NCBI RefSeq assembly: GCF_006345805.1
Contig: NC_043005.1
Span: forward strand, 53,816,001 to 53,880,000
Direction: 5' to 3'
DNA: 64,000 nucleotides
DNA from: Octopus sinensis
Lineage: Eukaryota
The stretch's first letter is position 1, and each line of letters opens with the position of its first letter. A program made the translations under genes and the position numbers. Shown here piece after piece: positions 39,343 to 53,035 of the stretch. The notes beneath the pieces are model-generated. The model worked only from the letters and a program-made list of their open reading frames with translations, did not search any database and was not told the DNA's origin.

Positions 39343-40165
39343 AATACACGAAGGAGTCATACCCAGTGACTGGCATAGCAGCACCATAATCAACTGCTAC
39401 AAAGGTAAAGGTGATGCTTTAGATAGAAATAACTACAGGAGTATCAAACTGCTGGATCAGGTGATGAAGGTCGTGGAGAGGGTCATAGCTCAACTAATTA
39501 GGAAGAGAGTCTGCTTAGATAAGATGCAGTTCGCTTTTGTGCCAGGTAGAAGCACAACTGATGCTATATTACTGGTACAGCAATTGCAGGAGAAATACCT
39601 AGCCAAAGATAAACCTCTATACTTGGCTTTTGTGGACTTGGAGAAAACCTTTGACATGGGCCCCTAATCCCTTATCTGGTGGGCGATGTGGAAACTGGGG
39701 ATTGATGAGTGGTTAATAAGAGCTGTACAGGCCCTGTGCAGAGATGCCATTAGTAAAGTAAGGGTTGGCAATGAGTATAGTGAAGAATTCCAAGTAAAAG
39801 TAGGGATTCACCAAGGATCAGCCCTCAGCCCATTTTTATTAATCATAGTCCTCTAGACAATAATAGAGGAATTCAAGACAGGTTGCCCCAGGGACCGCCT
39901 CTATGCCGATGACCTTGTTCTCATAGCAGAATCACTACCAGAACTAGAGAAGAAATTTCAGATGTGGAAGCAGGGTTTAGAATTGAAGAGCCTTAGAGTC
40001 AATGTTGCAAAAACCATAATCCCAGTAAGTAGGAAGGCAAACACTTCACAAACCCCTTCAGGTAGATGGCCCTGCTCAATCTGTAGAAAAGGTATAAGTA
40101 GAAACTCCATAAGATATACCCAGTGTAAGCTATGGATGCATAAGAGTGCAACGACATCAAAGGAG
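39343..40165 (+). mobile_element. RTE-clade LINE reverse transcriptase fragment
   Basis: IPSDW..S.I..CYKGKGD...NYRSIKLL, QFAFVPGRSTTDAI, AFVDLEKTFD, GIHQGSALSP.L, LYADDLVL, then a Cys-rich WPCSICRKG...QCKLWMHK; frameshifts and stops present. Confidence 0.95.
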
Positions 40166-40281
40166 TATATATATATAAAGGCTAAAAATTATTAAACATG
40201 ATAATTTATACCAGTGGCCAACATGCGTAAAAATTGTATGTAGACTATAAAATACTTTTATATATATATATATATATATAA

Positions 40282-40318
<37 letters not shown>

Positions 40319-40506
40319 GTGAATAAGTTAGACACTGAGAGGTGATTTTGTCATTTATTTGTATTTAAAACTTGTTGCTTCAAATCAGAGAATAAAATAT
40401 TATTATGATATATTATTATACTATGAGTCTTCCATAGTAGATTTCTCTCTGTAACTTACAAAGCCTTTCGTGTTTGTTTACAAATATTATATATATATAT
40501 ATTTAT

Positions 40507-40556
<50 letters not shown>

Positions 40557-40984
40557 GAAGTATGCATATTTATACATATATACATACATACATATATATA
40601 TATGTATATGTATACACGCATATATACATACAAACATTTATACATACATATGAATATTTATACAGATACACATGCATATATATATATATATATATGTATT
40701 TATATATACACACACATTAATGTTTGTTTTTATACAATAACTTCTTTTAAGGAATATTTAATACTTTTCATAGAGTATATATTTATTGTACATTTGCAAG
40801 AATAGTAGTGACTGTAACTTCAAAATTGTGGCCTGCTGTCTCTATCTCTCTACAATACCATTAATCCCTCAACTGGCACAAAGCCACCCACCTCTCAATA
40901 TTATACTTCCCCGTCCTCCCAATTGAGGGGTTTTGCCTATATTTTTTGTTTCTTTTTTGTCTTGCAAGATACTTGGTAACCCTG

Positions 40985-41285
40985 TCAGTGATGGTGCCAC
41001 ATAAAAACCACTAGTGCTGGTGTCATGTAAAAAACGCTGGTGCTGGTGTCATATAAAAAATACTGGTGCTGGTACCACAAAAAATGTACTGGTGCTGGTG
41101 TCATATAAAATGTACCCAGTACATTCTGTAAAGTGGTTGGTGTTAGGAAGGGTGTCCAGCCATAGAAACCATGTCAAAACAGGCTCCCAGACTTGATAGC
41201 TTTGGTCAAACCTTCCAACACAGGCCAGCATGGAAAAGAGATGCCAAATTATGATGATAATGATGACAACAATGATGATGAAGTC
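40985..41285 (+). mobile_element. RTE-tail repeat (family B) with ~5 internal ~27-bp tandem units
   Basis: Repeats of 'ggtgctggtgtcatataaaaaatact', followed by the standard tail. Confidence 0.85.
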
Positions 41286-42209
41286 CACAAACATTTGCAA
41301 GTTCCAAATGAATTGCAATAATGGAATGCATTCCAGTTATACTGTGTATATTTTCCTTCACTCAAGCATGATAAATGCTAAATGCAAAATTTCATTATTC
41401 AGCATAGTAATAATTGTTTTTAAAGACATTAGTATGTAATTTGAAGAAGAATTGTCTGATATTTCTAACAGGTCAAGTAACTATATTGGCTTGTATTATT
41501 TTTAGATTATTCTGAGACTGAACACCAGCCCATCTGTCTGTCTGTTTCTCTCTCTTTTTTTCACTCTCTCTCTCCTTCTCTGTCTCATTCACAGGATAAT
41601 GAATAATTATTTTTGCAATATATATCAGAGCTTTATTGTTTTTATAACATTTGTACTTTCTCTAACTTATTCTTACCTTAATCAGAACTTCTCTTCCCAT
41701 CCAGGTAATGTATGCTCAATAGGAAATACCTTCAATATTTTTTTTAAACACAATATCAATTATATATTTCATGAAAATGTAGAAAAAGTATTATTATACT
41801 AAGTTCCTTCCATGACATTTTCTTTTTAGCTTCTACTATTTCAAATATTGCATATTTATCATAGCTAAATCTCAAGAGAAAAAGAAATGAAAATGAAACA
41901 ACCAGAGGAAGAAAATTAATAACAATATGAAAAAAAGCAGGAAAAAAAATAGTAGCCCTGACAATGTGTGAAGATTTCTTTTTCATTTGACAGCATATTA
42001 AATACATTGATAATCTTTTTTTTTAATCCTTCAGAAACGTAACTTTATATAGATATCTTTATATGCGAGTGTATGTGCTTATATGTGGTACTATGGATAT
42101 ATGTATATGCATTTATACACATAAATATATGCACGTATATATATCTAGACATGAATATGTATGCATATATATGTATGTATGTACATATGTATATGTGTGT
42201 GTGTGTATG

Positions 42210-42252
<43 letters not shown>

Positions 42253-42301
42253 ACATACATATACATATCTGTGTGTGTATGTGTGTACGATATGTATATA
42301 C

Positions 42302-42378
<77 letters not shown>

Positions 42379-43451
42379 TCACACATTTCACACACGTTTA
42401 TCTGTGAGATGTATGTCTTTCATTTTATATGCATATCTGTATATATGTGTATGTCTAATGTATATTTATGAGAAATATATCTCTTATCTTACAAAAAAAT
42501 TCCTGCAACAAAAGCTATCCCCTCTATCTCTTCAATATGTTAAAATCATGAAAGAGCAAATAAGTTAATGGAAAAATATATTCCATTGTTTTCAGAGTCT
42601 TGATGTTCTTGAAAGTTTACTTATATAAAAGAGAAACACTCATAGATTCACAGCAAACGACAGCTGATGAAATTATTAAGAGAAGTCTTGTACGGCTATT
42701 GCATGCCACTTTTATCAAGTGTCTTCTATCATATCCTGGGGTTGAATGACTTGAAAGTGAAATTTGGTAAATTTGGTTAACAGAAACTGAATGAGACGCC
42801 ATTGTGTGTACGTATGCATGCTTGTGTGTGTGTGTGTGTGTTTGCTTACAAGTGGTAGCGTTGTTGTATTCCCCCATAAACAAATCGTCACCTGGTTTTG
42901 TATCTTCAAAGATGCATGGAATGAGAGATCCCTAACTTACGAAAAAAATAAAACAGGTAAAGGTTAATGACAGGAGAAGAATATACATATATATATATGT
43001 AAGTATAAGCACAAGAACAACCTGATTAACAATAGATTAGACCTAAGAGTATCATGCATACATAGTGTGACACAGACATTTAAATATTTTCGAAATTAAC
43101 ATTTTATAGGTGTTGTGCTTGAACTGGATTGATGGAAACTAACTTTTAAAATTTTAGTGTTCATGAACTAGAGTACCCCTTCACTCATAATAGAAACTCT
43201 GATATGCTCTATATTGAAACTTCAGTTATGTATCATCATTTATTCCTTATACAGATGTTTCTTATTAAAATCTCCTTTGTTAAATTTTAATTCCTTTCAT
43301 TGTGAATTATTTTGTTTGTAACAAATGGTGCTTCTAGCAGTGGTATAGTATGGGTTATTGCCACCCTGTGCAGTAATTGAATTGGCACTCCCTGCCTTAA
43401 AAATGACATACCCTCAAATACAAGCAAACACGCATGCATTGTGTAGCTCAC

Positions 43452-43543
43452 ACGATCCATGCAATACGGCTTTTCCTTAGTAGGATCCAAATTGGCGCTA
43501 GCAGATCTGGTTTTTGTTGAAGTACAGTTAAGAAGTTTTGTAA
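43452..43543 (-). CDS. Candidate exon of a possible minus-strand gene (unidentified)
   Basis: Strong acceptor cttttcctctcttttgtggcag|; donor cgt|gtgagc (alternative gg|gtatgt at 43412); LQNFLTVLQQKPDLLAPIWILLRKSRIAWI. Confidence 0.2.
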
Positions 43544-45579
43544 CTGCCACAAAAGAGAGGAAAAGAGTGTCCCATGACCCTTGCAGGCCCTCTGAGAACA
43601 GTTGAAAGTATTTTCAAATTGAAGTCCTGGTTTCAATTCTTGCAACAGAAAGCCTGGTTCTGTTAAAGGTATCAAAGGTGTCAGACAGGATATGAACACA
43701 GAATGCAAAACGCCAGAAGAAACACTTCAGGACAACCAGTTCAATGTTCTTATAGTTCTACCAATATACCACTCTAAATTGGCACATTTTTATAAGCACG
43801 AAACAAATGAAAGGAAAATTGGCCTTCATGGGACATGAACTCAGAATATAACAAGCTGGAACATACTCTGCAGGCATTTTTAATTGGTTAAAATAAGACA
43901 AAGTGATCCAATCCATTATCAAATGAATTCACCTTTACTCTTTGCAAAAGACATCTGAAAATCTTTGAGAATCATGAGGTGGAATAACTTATGTGAAATT
44001 AAAGTCTATATCTTATGTTTACACACTCTCTTGGATATATTTTTCCAAGCAATGAAGGATACTATTTTGGATAATGTTACTTGTCATGTTTTATAGAAAA
44101 GGATGTGCTACATCTAGATAACCCAGCTTCAGAAACACTGAGTGATCTAATATGAGGTGAAATCAGTTTTAGAAGAAGAGATTTTCTGGAGTAACTTCTT
44201 TTTGCAGAGACAATTTTCATGGATTACCTCAGGAATCAATATTCTATGCAATTGTTATCTTTTTGCTCTGTCTGGTATATTCAGGAGATAAATCATTAAA
44301 TGCTTCTGTGACGATGTTCGTTGTGACATTATCTCTACATACAATCATCTAAACTTGAAGCACAGTAACCTGGTTACTATCATGCAAAGTAGAGGACTAC
44401 ATGCATAAATGTTCCGAAAAAACATTTTTCAAAAGAACAAGTGTCATTTGTAGCATAAAGAGTTGTCTTTAGACTTGTGTACACATAGATTATGTTCGTA
44501 CAAATCATATCAGTTTGCAGGGAAGCTGGAATTTATCCATGTTTATGAGAGAAAGAGCTGTAATGTAAAACTTAAGTATACTTAATATTTAGAACAGGGT
44601 ATCAAGGATTTCACAGTCAAACAACAGTTTGGAATTTCATGAAAATACACTGTGGTTTTGGTTACATAAAATTGCTTGCATGTTTGAATAAAAACAAACA
44701 AATTATTCCCATATAAGCTATATCAAATTAAGAAGAAATTGGATAGAGTTTGAACTCTATCCAATTTGCACCAGTATTCCTTTAGTAAATGTCAGTGATC
44801 AGTCTTCATAGATACCACCTAATAAGTAAATAATTAAGTATATGAATGAATATTAAACTAATGCTATGGAATTTTTCTATCTATCTGTTGTTGAAAAGTT
44901 TGGTATATATTCAAAATTGTTCAAAATTTATCATTTTGGTTATAATATTTTTCTTGATAACCCTAAATTTTATCTTTATACAATATAACAGTATTGTTTA
45001 AATCAATCACCTATAGTACCCCATGATAAAATTTCCTCTATGTTATCATCATTGGTTTTATTAACATCTTACCCCTTTAACTGGTAATTAACATCTTGAT
45101 TTGGGATCTTCCACTACCCAAGCTCATCATTATTGCCAGTTACTTTATGCAACTTCAAAATAATCTTGTCAAGTTTTATGACAACATCCATTATGATTCT
45201 GTCAACTCTCTCATGCCCTTTCCTAACAGACACTATTCCCTAGTCTTACATTTGATATACAAAGATTTGATAAACATGGCTAATAAATTAAAACTGAACC
45301 AAAATCAGTGACAGACTTTTTCCTGATGTCTTAGAAACTTCTAAGCTGAAGTGACGACAGCATAGACTTTGTCTGTCTTCTTACCCTCTTGGAGGATTTA
45401 AGTAAAATTATACAAATGTGTCTGACTGATTAAAAAAATTCTATTTGCTTATTTATTCAGCTGAGGATAGCCCTGCATTTAAATCAATGTAATGATTGCG
45501 TTTTTTCAATTAAATGAAGCCACTTGAAACAGTCGTACTGCATCACCTCTGGATATCCTGTTGCTTATTTTGATATATA

Positions 45580-45892
45580 TCATCATCATTTAACATCCAC
45601 TTTCCATGTTAGCATGGGTTGGACGATTTAACTGAGGACTAGCAAACCAGATGGCTGCACCAGGCTCCAAACTTGATCTACTGCTGGATGCCCTTCTTAA
45701 TGCCAACCACTCCAGGAGTGTAGCGGGTGCTTTTATGTGCCACCGGCATGAGAGCCAGTCAGTTGGTACTGGCATCGGCCATGCTTAAATGGTGTTTTTT
45801 ACATGCCACCTGCACAGGGGCCAGCCCAGCAGCATTGGCAACGACCTCACTCGAATGTTTTTTCATGTGCCAGTGAGGCAACGATGGTAATG

Positions 45893-45895
<3 letters not shown>
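45580..45895 (-). mobile_element. RTE-tail repeat (family B)
   Basis: (cat)n followed by 'tttaacatccactttccatgttagcatgggttggacg...ctggatgcccttcttaatgccaacc'. Confidence 0.85.
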
Positions 45896-45966
<71 letters not shown>

Positions 45967-46619
45967 GTATAAGGGTGGAAAGGAACACACGAGTTGATAT
46001 ATATGAAAAAACAAGTCAAAAATAAAAAATGCTAAGATAATTTTATAGTGAATCTTTCAGTACCGGTTTCGGTCATTTTGAGACCTTTTCAACTGTAACG
46101 ATTAAATAATTAAATTTAGAAAAATTAGAAGAAAAGTTTTTTTAAAAGAATATTTCTGTAGTAGTGTTCAGATATAAGTAGCATTCTGCCTTTCTCTGAC
46201 TCCCTTGTTTGCACTTGTGTGTTCGAGGTCATATATATATATATATATATTTGCAAAGGAGTTTAGTAATAACAACAATTTTGTATTTTGGCATCATAAA
46301 CATCTGAGACACTGGTGTAGCTGATATATGATATATATGTCGAAAATATTTGCTGTGTACCTGTTGTGTATGGCTGCTTTGTTAATATGTAATCTTGAGT
46401 TTAAATCTCACAGGTAAGGTTGAGAAACAAATAGGCTGACTTACCTTAGGTAAACTGCATAAAGTTGTAAACTTTCATTGTACCCTCAGTACAATGAAGT
46501 TTGTGGTAAATACTTACACGCATACTTCCAATGAATTTAGATAAGCTAGTGACTAAACAGTATAGGGAAATCTTCGTTTGTCAAGTTTGAATTCTGTTTT
46601 TAAAAAATCAATACCTTAC

Positions 46620-46755
46620 CTGCTTTCTTGAAATGGTAAAATGGCAACATATGAAAGCCCCAATCGTTGTAGCAGTTATGCTGTTGTATTCAGTGTTTCC
46701 CTTTGTGAAGAACTGCCTTGGGATCCAATCTATTTTCGTGAAAACTCTTGTACAA
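46620..46755 (-). CDS. Candidate exon of a possible minus-strand gene (unidentified)
   Basis: Acceptor ttattcag|, strong donor cag|gtaagg; one stop-free frame CTRVFTKIDWIPRQFFTKGNTEYNSITATTIGAFICCHFTISRKQ. Confidence 0.2.
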
Positions 46756-47559
46756 CTGAATAATAATAATGTTTTATTATGCATGATAGCAGCCGAATGA
46801 ATAAATTGAATTTGATTTACATGCAATTGACCTGCATTGCTGATGTTGCACTGTGATTTATGAACTGGGAACAGTAACAATAATGATAAAAAAAAATGGA
46901 ATACAAAAGAAAACTGCCAGAAACAACAACAAAAAAAAATAATAAAACCATTGCTACAGCTTTATCTATTTATTTATTTACTTATTTATAGCAATAAGAT
47001 AAAATAAAATAAAGCCTAAGTACATTTATCTTCATTCTATTTATTTATGTATTTTCATAAAATCAAATATCAATAAGCAAAATAATTTTTTTTAAAAAAC
47101 ATCATAATTGTTACTTATAATTTGCAAGAGCACCTAGGTTTCTATAAAGTATTTTATTTTCATCATATTGTTAAAATGAATTATATTAACTAGTAAATAT
47201 ATTCCAATATTTGTCAGTGTTATTTGCGGATGTTATATTTTATTTAACTGTATGTTATTTAAAAATTTTTTTTTCCCTGTTGATCTATGAAAACTAGTTA
47301 ATGGTACATCCATGTGAAATGGTTGATGTATGTCACTAAGTATAGATAGAAAGAGAGGCAAAAACCAAACTGCAAACATTACATAGAAATATATCAATAT
47401 TTACTTCACTGTGATATTCTTTTCCTTCTTGTAGTTTCAGCTCAGAGCGGTGGCCATGCTGGAGCACCGCCATTGATCATTACATATTCTTATGATCATT
47501 ATATATTCTTATGATCAATTCATATGATCATTACATATTCTTAGTTTATTATTAGTATT

Positions 47560-48135
47560 ATTATTATTATTATTATTGACTGAGGGACCACTGCAAGTCA
47601 TCAAAGTGATACTAGGGTACAAATATACAAAGCCAAATATGCCCGTCATGACTACCCATCTGATAAGGGTACACCAGGCACATGCATCACAACCAAATGT
47701 GCATGGCATGGTGATCTCATATCAAGATAAACATCACATGACCTTGCAGGTGGGAGCCCAGTTAGAATTTTCTTCTAGTTGAGTAACCCATCCTGCTCAA
47801 AAGGTCCCTGAATAAGGGTTGTTTAAGGATGTTGAATGAAACACCTATGTTCCCAGAGGTGAATTATCCAAGCCCCAAAGACTTCCTCTCAACACATCGC
47901 TATGATATTCCCACGATACGTCTGCTCGTGATCAGAGATGCACATATCGTCAGCCACTAAGGGACATGGTCAACTGTTTAAGGTCAAACAACTTACAAGC
48001 AAATCTGTGGTATTGAGCAGAATATTTGCTGTAGCCCATCTTTTATACCAAGACAAAACAATGTACATGATAACACTTCCAATCAGTTACGATCATAAGA
48101 TCAGAAGCCATGAGAGCCACTGCCTGGTACTGCAT
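47560..48135 (-). mobile_element. Interspersed repeat with (TAA)n tail, inverted homolog of 8981-9572
   Basis: Colinear reverse-complement similarity over more than 500 bp. Confidence 0.85.
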
Positions 48136-48182
48136 CATCATCATCATTATTATTTTTATCATTATCATCGTCATCGTCATCA

Positions 48183-48278
<96 letters not shown>

Positions 48279-48292
48279 CATCATTATTATTG
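48136..48292. repeat. (TCA)n/(TTA)n microsatellite
   Basis: Read directly. Confidence 0.95.
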
Positions 48293-48294
48293 TG

Positions 48295-48580
48295 TCAAGT
48301 GCCAGTTCAACACGGGGTTCGATGTAATCGACTAGCACACTTCGAAATTTCATATCTTGTGCCTGCAGTAAAAAAGATAATTATTTGTGGCAGTAGAATT
48401 AGCCGAGTCATTAATGCGTCAGACAAAGTGCCTTATACTATTTGTTCTGTTTTCATATTGGGCTGAGATCAAGTTTGCTTTCCACCCTTCTGGGTTCGGT
48501 AAAATAAAATACCAGCAAGTGCTGGGGTTGATATGATCGACTAATCCCACCCACGAAATTTCAAACGTTGTACCAATGAA
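48295..48580 (+). mobile_element. SINE family A: 3' fragment plus a degenerate copy
   Basis: Two 'accag....ctggggttcgatgtaatcgact'-like segments in tandem. Confidence 0.65.
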
Positions 48581-49169
48581 AAGGAATTATAATCTCTCAA
48601 TGCTGAATTTCGTATTTTCTGGTTGAAAACTTTGAATTGGATTTTTGAAGGATTATTGAACGAACTATTTCCAAAAGGATTATTGAACGGACTATTTTCA
48701 AAAGGAAATCTTACGAGTTTGCCCCCTATACCTAGAGCGAATAAGATAGATATGTATTTTTAGACATATCAAAATTTTATTTTTATGCTCTTACATACAG
48801 TTTCAATATGGCTTCTAATGCTAGAGCAATTAGAAACATCCCTAAATAAAATAGCTGCGAATTTAGCAATACAGAGTGTGGAAACAAACAATAAAAAAGA
48901 AACACACTCGGTTAAAAAAAATAAGTGACATATTTTGTTAAATGAGAAATATAACTCAGTTTTAACAGACGAGAATTTTAATTTATACTAATCAAACAAA
49001 AGTGACAATCGTTGCTTTTGCCATATCTGTGTCTCTTGTATTTTGTTGGAGTATTTACACCGCAACACGAATTTTTGGACTGGTCAATTTTTACATTTCA
49101 ATATGATACAGGTTCTCTGTGCATAAGAAAGAATTCTTTACCAATTTGTAACATTCATAAACTTGTAAC

Positions 49170-49237
<68 letters not shown>

Positions 49238-49489
49238 ACATATATATATATATATGCCAGGGATGTAGTTTCAAATGAGTATAAACTGAAACAATGAGAG
49301 CACCCTTTTTACAGGGTAGTGTTTTAACCCAGCCATCCCAGGGGGTGGTGAGAATGGGGACATGTATAGGAAAGACTTGGGATAAGTAATATTTTAATTG
49401 ATTGTACACTAAGATGAAACACTAACATAACTACATATAAATGATTGTGCATTATTTTGAGCAACATCACATCAAGAAACGCAAGTAGA

Positions 49490-50403
49490 AGGAGTCCTAC
49501 ACCTTGAAAAAACTAAAAAATATTGAAAATGTCGAACATCAAAACTAGCCTATATACATCCGGTTTCATCTGCGTTATAAATGTCGTGGCATTCAAACTT
49601 ATGCGGGTCCATAATACTCTTTAAGTTGTAAAATGTGCCAACGTTATGGCGATTGAACGCACTTGCTATAGCAAGAGATATAGCCTCTGGTGTTTGAATT
49701 GCTAGATGGTTTCTTTCTTTAAGGATATCCAAATATGCTCGACAGTCGTTCCATTTTGTTGCCAAGAATCAGGGATGTAACATTGTTTTTTAATGCCTAT
49801 TCCACTACCAACTCACGGCAGTTATTTCGTGTGAGTCCGTGGAACTGCTCGATTAATGTGAGTCGATAACTCAGCTTCCATCTCCAATGAAGATGTCATA
49901 TTTTCTATCCTGCAATTTTTGTATCCAAACACTTTGTTTTACCCGTCATTTTGTTGATTGCATTTGTCTACATAGCTTTTTAGTGTCATTCTTGCTATAT
50001 TGAAAGATTTGGCAGCACCACGGATACTGTATCCTTCCCTGACGCGATCTTTGACCCTACTCAAATCGTCCTTTGCAGCCCCACGATTGGTCATTCAGAC
50101 ATATTTCCAAGGCATCTGAAAAAGTCAATACATGTGCAAATTTTAGCCAGTATAATAGTATAAAGGCAGGTAGATCAAAATTTAATCTTTTATGTTGAAT
50201 CGAAGCCCTATGCAGTTTAGCTTCAAGGCACTTAAACTCGAAAGCAAACACAACTCATTAACAGTTACCAGAGTTTTTGCTATTCATCACAGGAAGTAAT
50301 AAAATTAACAGATTAAAATTGTTTTTCCATCATGCATCAATAAAGGGAGAGTTGGGACACTTCTCAGCTCTCCCATACATAGCTGTCCCAACTCTCCATT
50401 GTA
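49490..50403 (-). mobile_element. Decayed pogo/Tigger-like DNA transposon
   Basis: Minus strand psq-type HTH (GYSIRGAAKSFNIARMTLKSY) and L.IQTPEAISLA.A.AFN...IYNADETG; terminus TA|caatggagagttgggaca with an internal inverted copy at 50345-50398. Confidence 0.8.
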
Positions 50404-50689
50404 ACTTTAATGTTAGTTATACGGGTTTTTTTAAACGATTACAGTGATAGAGAAACGATATAGGTATCTGACAAAATGCATTCGATCAGAATGCTACATA
50501 CTACTACAGAAATATGAACATGCTTACCTTCAAGGCCAACTTTTACATTTTGGTGTAAAATTGATATTTTTTTCAAAAAATAATTGTATAAACGGCCTAC
50601 ACTTATTAAATGTGTTAGATCAGCAGGAACAGTTCTAGAAGTGCTTCTAATAGGTGGCAGTAATTACTTTTTATATTTTACAGATTTAG

Positions 50690-51050
50690 GGAAAATTATT
50701 GTGGCTCAACTCTCCTAAGTTTCCCCAACATTTGCATTATCAGCAGAATTCGTACACTATTTATTCAGATCCATCTGTGGACGCTTTTTAGTTCCATTGG
50801 GAGTTGATTATCCATTTTCGCTGTTGATTCAATGTTAGCGTTGTAAAATGCAAGTTATGCAATCTCCCCCACTTCAGAATTATTAAGAAATACTTTGCAC
50901 CTTCGTTTGAAACCTCATTTGCAACTGAGACGGGAAAACCACGTTCCTTTATATTCTCTACATTCTTTGGGGCAGAATACGGCACTAGAATATTTTCACA
51001 TTGAGTTTTTGCTTTAAGTCTCCCACATATTAACACTCTTTTTTGTTAAT
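50690..51050 (-). mobile_element. Possible hAT-like transposase remnant
   Basis: Minus strand 'CENILVPYSAP...VSNEGAKYFLII...' loosely resembles the hAT D(A/T)SN.G..K.FP segment; many stops. Confidence 0.35.
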
Positions 51051-51593
51051 GAATCACTTTATATTTTGTCAACTTTAACTTCACAGTCAACGGTTCTATA
51101 TATATGGCTGTTGATGTTTTGATACAGCGTACAGAGTTCATCAAGCTATGGGCATTGTGTACTTATTTACGATATAGAATATCTAGCTCTACACTAACCA
51201 ATACATACGTCGTTTATTGATGCCGTAGAGTAGTATTTCAAGGTGATTTGCTTACTATTTCACTCGGATGAAGCAAACATGCTTCAGCGCTCTTTGACTG
51301 GTTGGTTAGTATTTTAGTAGGTTAGAATAAGATTTGTTGGTTATTCCAACCAGATTGAACAACTAATTGTATGGACATTACATAGCATGCAATGTGTACA
51401 TTGCAAAATATATAAATATGTATAAAATTTGAACCTTTTTAATATGATCACTGAATTAAACTGGAAATATTGATCATTTCATTAAAAAAAAGGAAGATAA
51501 TTAACGTCAACACAAAACCGATAATCAAATTTAAAAAGATTATTTAAGCAAATTCATTGCCAAAGAGAATATATTTTATCAATATACGCACAC

Positions 51594-51596
<3 letters not shown>

Positions 51597-51685
<89 letters not shown>

Positions 51686-51690
51686 CTATA
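51597..51690. repeat. (TCTA)n microsatellite
   Basis: Read directly. Confidence 0.95.
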
Positions 51691-51838
51691 TATATATGAA
51701 TGTATATAAATTATTCAATATTTCGTTTATAAAACATTTATAAATATTATTGACATATAATATCTATTTCTAGAAAATAGTGACATATGTAAATAACTTG
51801 ATGTGTTGTTGCAAGACATTAATTAGTAGCAATGGGTG

Positions 51839-51870
<32 letters not shown>

Positions 51871-51942
51871 TGTATGTATGTATGTATGTATGTATGTATG
51901 TATATACGTATGTATTTATGTGTATATATGTATATATATATA

Positions 51943-51990
<48 letters not shown>

Positions 51991-51998
51991 TATATACG

Positions 51999-52400
51999 CA
52001 GTGTGTCCCAAAAAATATATACATACTTTAAAAGTTGATAACTCTTTTTCATTTTCATTTTCTCTTTTTTAAGATTGAACCTATCTGAATTAACGAAGTG
52101 AGACGGAATGAGCTTTAAACAAAGAAAATTCATCGGAAAGTGCTACTGGAGGTTCGAAAATGCGCTCAATGATTCAAAGTAGAAAGGCAATCTAGGAAGG
52201 AGTTTCAGACAGAACCACTCTTTCGAGTTACCATCACTCAGATAAAAGGTAAGTTTCAGGCAAGTGGAACTTCTCAGAATGTCCATGAGAAATGGCCGAG
52301 AAAATCTCAGACACCGACGAGCCACACAATGTAAGAAAAGTATTACTGGAGTTGAAAAAAAAACAAAATAATCTACTCGATGGGTTTTAAAAGTTTCCCT
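51999..52400 (+). mobile_element. Tc1/mariner 5' remnant (DUF4817-type HTH)
   Basis: TIR-like cagtgtgtcccaaaa; [18 protein letters not shown]...EFQTEP..RVTITQIKGKFQASG, frameshifted. Confidence 0.7.
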
Positions 52401-52931
52401 CTGCCCGATTGCGGTCAAAAGGCAAATCATCAGCAACCTTTATAACCTCTTGACGGCAGTAGTTTAATCCCAAAACATTGAAATATCTAAAAATGTAAAC
52501 TGTGATATGTAAGTATATATGTGTATACACACATAAATATATACATACATACATACGGACAGATAAGTAGACAGGCACATACATACATGCATGAATCTGT
52601 GTGCATACACTAAATATACGTATGCACACGTATATATGTATGTGTATGAATGTTTTGATGCTTTAGTGCTATTTTCCTCGGTAGTGTTGTTCTTGATTTC
52701 AACCATGGTCGAGCTAGCGAAATTCCTTGTGGCATAAGGTATATTTTTTAAAACTCCAGTCTGAATGACGCCTCGTTGGTAAGTAAAAAGTGTTCCTCTT
52801 ATTTATGGCTAGAGAATTAAATCAGTTACTGATTTAGGATGAAGGAGTTGGCACGAATGTGGAAAACATTTAAAAAGAAATTGAAAACGGTTCTCTACGC
52901 CAGCATGTCTGATGCTGACAGCGCTATCTTT

Positions 52932-53035
52932 GTATGTATGTATGTATGTATGTATGTATGTATGTATGTATGTATGTATGTATGTATGTATGTATGTATG
53001 TATGTATTATTATGTATGTATGTATATGTATGTAT
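52932..53035. repeat. (TATG)n microsatellite
   Basis: Read directly. Confidence 0.95.

Noticed and set aside
48648-48705. ~27-bp tandem duplicate (and 19-bp x3 at 47478-47540)
   Set aside because: Ordinary short slippage duplications.
52380-52440. CTGATGA...GAAAC on the minus strand (hammerhead candidate)
   Set aside because: Stem II is not adjacent to GAAA, and no stem I/III or NUH triplet fits.
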